Positions 59,801 through 64,000 of a stretch of 64,000 nt of DNA are shown here, piece by piece. A program made the position numbers and the translations under genes. Under the pieces are notes generated by a model that ran no database searches, was not told where the DNA came from, and was given only the letters and a program-made list of their open reading frames with translations. The first letter of the stretch is position 1. Each line of letters begins with the position of its first letter. The stretch is from Gracilinanus agilis (Eukaryota): NCBI RefSeq assembly GCF_016433145.1, contig NC_058135.1, positions 271,151,307 through 271,215,306 on the forward strand. The letters run 5' to 3'.

Positions 59801-62800
59801 GGGGCAGAGGTTCTTAGGGAGGTGTGCTAAGGCTTGGAGCTCTCCCAAGGAATGGGGGGGAGAGCTTGACATGGTTCCCCCAAGGGCCTTATTTAACCCA
59901 GGGCCGAGTGACCCCACACAAGAGGCTGGCAGAAAACCTCCTAGCTCCCAGGCTATCTGTTGCGGGGTGCTGGCAGGGCTGATAATGATCTGTTTTGGGG
60001 GTGATGGGAAAGAAGAGGAGAGAGCACCCTTCCTGCTGGGAGGAATGGGGGAACGTGAGGGACTGGGCTGCCAGCCACTATAACGGCTCCATGTGCCGGT
60101 TTGGCTGTGAGCAGCTATTCTGGTCCTGGGTGTCACACGATTTGTGGCAGTGGTGAAGCTCAAACCCAACGGCTTGTCCATGGCAGCCAGCCGGGGGGCC
60201 CCTGACAGTGTTATCTCCTAAAATGCTTCACTCCACAACTCCTTCTCCCAGGGAGCCTAGGACTTGCCTAGGCTCCCCTCTGGAGAGTCATTCCTAACAG
60301 CTGTCAGATGGGCGCCCTAATGCCATTGAGGAATGCCCACCGGATCCCAGGGCAGGGCCAACCAGACAAGCTCCATCCTCCCAAGGGAAGGCTAAGCGCC
60401 CAGAGACTCAAGTGCAGGACAAGGAAGGAGGATCAAGGCCAGAGTGGGACAGTCTCATCAATAAGGCCTGCATGTGGGCAAAGAAAGCCAGAGAGGAGGA
60501 GGCTGGCTACACTTATCGCCCACCCTCTGCTGGGCACAAGACTTTGCCCCGGGGAATGCGGGGGCCAGACAAGGTGAGGTTCCAAGCTTCAGGTGGCTGC
60601 CTGGTGAAGAGGGAACAGAGTCTGAGCTTTCCATTTAGTCGCTCTCCTTCACGTGGGCCAGAGGCCCTCCGTGGGCAGTTCACAGCTCCTCTTTTCCACT
60701 GGGTGCCCAGGTGGTCCATGAAATACTAGACAGGGAGAAGGGCCAAACGGCACAGGGTCTGAGTCTGGGATCCCTGAACTGTGTTTCCATAGAAATGATT
60801 CCCTTGTATTCTGGTGTATTCGATACATTGACACATTTTTTTCTGAGAAGGGTCCGGGGCAGAGAAAAGGTTAGGAACTCCTGGTCTAGGGACAAGAGTG
60901 ATATCCTGGGAAACTGAGAAGCCTAGCTCCTATCAGCACGAGGCTGGCTGGCCTGTGGGCCCCCGACTGCTCTGGCCTTCAGCCTGCTTACCTACATAAA
61001 AAGGCACAAAGACTGACAAATGTGTGGATGCATATCTGAAGGGCTCAGATGTCCTTACAGAAGGCCAATGCCATGGATCTAGGAAGCATCAGTGAGGCTT
61101 CACAAGACAGGAGCAACAGTCACCCCAGGGATGAAGGGCATGTGCTGGGCTACATCTAGGTCCAGGGAGTCCTCCCTAGAAGGCAGTCATGGGCAAGGTC
61201 AAGATGTCATCATCCACGGTGCCCTCTCCAGGCTCTGAGCAGAGATGGGAAGAGCATCAGAGGGAGACACCAGGGGCCAAAGGAACTAACTCTGGGTTTA
61301 GCTGACTTGTCTGTGACTCAACCCAAATGCACGGGGTTAAGGTTTCTGACAGGAAGCCTTTGCATGGCAGTGACGACGCCAGGCTATATGAGTGGGGGCT
61401 GAGGGCCAGGAGGGAGAGGCCTCAGGATCCAGCTCTGGCAAGAATGCCAAGTCCAAGCTCCCAGAGCCCCAGGAGTTTGAAGAAAGATCCTAAATGGCCC
61501 CACGCTAGCCTGTCGAGACAGCCTCCCATCTACCCAAATGAGTCTTCCCGGGTGAGCAAAAAGCACTCTAATAACCTGAATCCTGGGGGAGTGAGGGGAG
61601 GAGGCTCTAGATATCTTCACGTGCCTGGAAGTGAGATACATTGGGAAGGGAAGCCTGATCCCAGTGGATGCCTGGGAACAGAGATGGGGTGAGGACAGAA
61701 ACAGGACAGGTCTGGAGCCTGGGATGGATGATTGATGGACAGACAGATGGCTTCAGAGAGATAACAAGAGGGAGGTTGTAGGTAAAAACAGTACAAGGGC
61801 CCCTGAAGAAGTGCTCCCAATGAGGAAGAAGGCTAGGGAGTAAAGAACGATTCCCCTTCTTAGCCGCTAATATCTAGATACATCTCACAAGCTAAGGTCA
61901 GTTCAGCAAATATTTATTAAACACCTCCTGGGTGCAGAGCCACTGTGCTTGGCCATGAGGGAGATACAAAGGGGGAGAGAGGCACAGTCCCTGCCCTCAT
62001 GGAGCTCACAGTCTGGCAGGCGGCTAGGACCCCCTCACCCCCTTCCCACACACACACCCAGATAACTATAAAACACAATAATACAAGAAAAGTGGTTTAG
62101 AACAATGTGCTCTGTGAAGAGAAAAACAAAGTCCTGGGGGCTCAGAGCTAAGGCTTGGATGGAAAAAGCAGAGTTTCCATGGAGCCCAAGAGATTCGACA
62201 AGGACCACCTGGCAAACTCAGGGCTCTCTCTCTTCCTCATCTTGCCTTCTTACTGGCCTTATGCAGCTGAAAAGGTTCTGCTGTCCTGAACACTCGGGAT
62301 CAGTACAGAAAGGATGAGGCCCAAGGGATGCCTCAGACTGGTGCTCAGTCTATAGGATGGCCTGCCTGCCTGTTTGCCCAACTGCTTGCCTGCCTCTAGG
62401 CTTATCTCCTTCACCTGACAATGGGGCTGGGGTAGTCTGCACCTCCCAGGAGCCACAGGCCCCACTAACTGGGCCATACTGCCCCAGGAGCACGACAGCT
62501 TTCTGGACCATGACTGAATCAAGGAGAAGAGAACATTGATGTGGCTGAAGCCAGGTGGGGATCTGGCGGCATCTTCCAAAGCAGTCAGCTTGTTCTTTAT
62601 TAACTCTCAGAGACTTCTGGCATTGGGTCGTCCACACTACATCTGGCTGGGGCTAGGACTCATGCCAGTGCTAATTTTGAGGGCCCACGGGAGAAGGGGA
62701 CCGTGGGTCCATCCTCTCTCCTATCTCCTTATCAAAAGCCTTTGCTAGGAAAGGGGGAAGAGCAAGGGGGCTAGTCACGGTTTGGGAGGGCTGCCTTGGT

Positions 62801-63786
62801 TTCCTCCCTGAGCTATGAGTCCTCCCCTCCCCTTCCCCAATGATAATAAAAATGGACAGGGTTTCCCATGGAGTTTTTCTCTCTGCCTTCACTATAATAA
62901 CAGCCTTAAGCAGAAAGAAAAATGGGTCTAAGGGCAGGCAGAAACAGCCTGTTTGAGCTCAGAGGCCCATCCAATTCAGGTTTCTGTTCTATTTGCAATT
63001 GCATGTCCTTGAGGGAACAGTGACGGCATTTACAATAAACCTAAGACCACCTGTTGAAGTCGGAAAGAGGTTTAGAAATATCTTAAGTAATAAATACTGT
63101 TGTCTACCCGGCACGTTCACTGTCACTAAGGAAGGAGAGGACCAAACCCCCTTGCCGTGACCTCATGAAGACTTAACAGAGCGCAGCGTGGGAAGAGTGA
63201 CTGACGTGGGACCTCCTGAGGGCAGGGGCTGCTGCACTGTGGTTCCAACACTTCCTAGCTGTTTGATCCTGGCCAAATCACTCAATGTCTCTGAGCCTCA
63301 GCTTTCTGTAAAACACAAGTTGCCTCATCTGTAAAAAGGGGACACGGCTCCTTGGAACAATGGGGTGGCTGGGAGGAGAGTGCTACGTAAGCCGCAGGGA
63401 GCTGACTATTATTATCTGCACCAGACCAGAACCGTGGGCTTGGCTCCTGAGAGCTAACGTCACTCTGGGACAAAGCCTACCTCGAGGTCAACGTTCAAGG
63501 ACAAAAATCCAGGCCCTGGCCTGAGGCTGTGGCCTTCCTCATGTCCTCTCAGCTGGACAGGCCAAAAGGTAAGCTACATGACCTCCCTACCAGCATCCTC
63601 CAGGTGCCCTCCCACCTGCCCATCCACGAACCCTCAAGGCACTCACTCTGGTCGGCAGATCACCAGGTCTCCTTTGTTGGTGCCATAAGCCAGGCCAAGT
63701 CCTGGCTCAGGTAGCCAGCGGGCAGAGTTGATGCTGACGTGTCTCCTCTGGTCAGCTGGCATGGGGTAAAGAACATTGAAAACTCT
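50840..63786 (-). CDS. AMBRA1: AMBRA1 (activating molecule in BECN1-regulated autophagy), last four coding exons; the gene continues beyond the window end
   Basis: Exons 63786-63647 ([47 protein letters not shown]), 56802-56710 ([31 protein letters not shown]), 55711-55518 ([39 protein letters not shown]..), 51270-50840 ([64 protein letters not shown]). All GT/AG boundaries, phases consistent (285 codons plus stop). Confidence 0.96.
54830..55015 (+). mobile_element. Opossum SINE1-like SINE
   Basis: ..TGGCCTCAGACACTTCCTAGCTGTGTGATCCTGGACAAGTCAC..TTCTAAAGCAGAAGGTAAGGGTTTAAAAAAAG. Confidence 0.7.
55735..55862 (+). mobile_element. 5'-truncated SINE1-like SINE
   Basis: ..GTGACCCTGGACAAGTCACTTAACCC..GTATTGACTCTAAG..GGGTTTAAAAAT. 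Confidence 0.6.
56423..56636 (+). mobile_element. Opossum SINE1-like SINE
   Basis: GGGCAGGCTGGGTGGCTCAATGG..GATCAAATCTGGCCTCAG..CTTAGAACCAATACAC..GGGTTTAAAAAAAAAA. Confidence 0.75.
59041..59160 (-). mobile_element. Partial SINE1-like SINE
   Basis: AAAAGCCTTACCTTC..TAAGATAGAAGAGTGGCAAGGGCTAG..GACTTGCCCAGGGTCACACAGCTGGAAGTGTCTGAGGCCAG. Confidence 0.65.
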
Positions 63787-64000
63787 CTAGGGGAGAAACA
63801 GGGTGGGGAAGAGAAAAAAGGGGAAAAACAACTTATTACCAAGATCACAAAATGCGAAGTAAAGCCAAACCCTGGTAGCCCAGAGCTTCGTGACCATTAC
63901 AATGGGAATGAGCCTCCTCCCCAGCGTGCCCTGCATCAAGGGCCCAGTCCCAGGAAGACCAGGGCAGGGGCCCACACCTGGAATTCTCCACAGCTCTCTC

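Overview
Eukaryotic, intron-rich mammalian genomic DNA. The SINE types (opossum SINE1-like, MAR1-like, MIR, L2) point to a marsupial, most likely a didelphid such as Monodelphis; this is inference from recalled repeat consensus sequences. The window holds the conserved DGKZ-MDK-CHRM4-AMBRA1 block. DGKZ (+) has 31 coding exons over 38..35934 (939 aa as I assembled it), plus the long zeta2-type alternative N-terminal exon at 23657..24390. MDK (+) spans 37718..38408 (142 aa). CHRM4 (-) has a single coding exon, 41647..40208 (479 aa). The last four coding exons of AMBRA1 (-) span 63786..50840. No CRISPR array, rRNA, tRNA or prokaryote-type system is present, and I cannot honestly claim a new multi-gene system. 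The best second-look items are: a young-looking 165-bp hAT MITE with perfect TIRs and TSD; a ~100-nt near-perfect hairpin built from an L2 fragment; a candidate extra phase-compatible DGKZ first exon behind a TATA/MEF2-like motif; a cluster of RFX X-boxes leading into a 41-bp minisatellite; a higher-order CA-rich repeat with palindromic TGACA..TGTCA cores in the CHRM4 intron; a bidirectional poly(A) signal cluster shared by MDK and CHRM4; and a strong GC/CpG gradient suggestive of GC-biased gene conversion. All coordinates were counted by hand; repeat boundaries are approximate and repeat family names were not confirmed by a database search.
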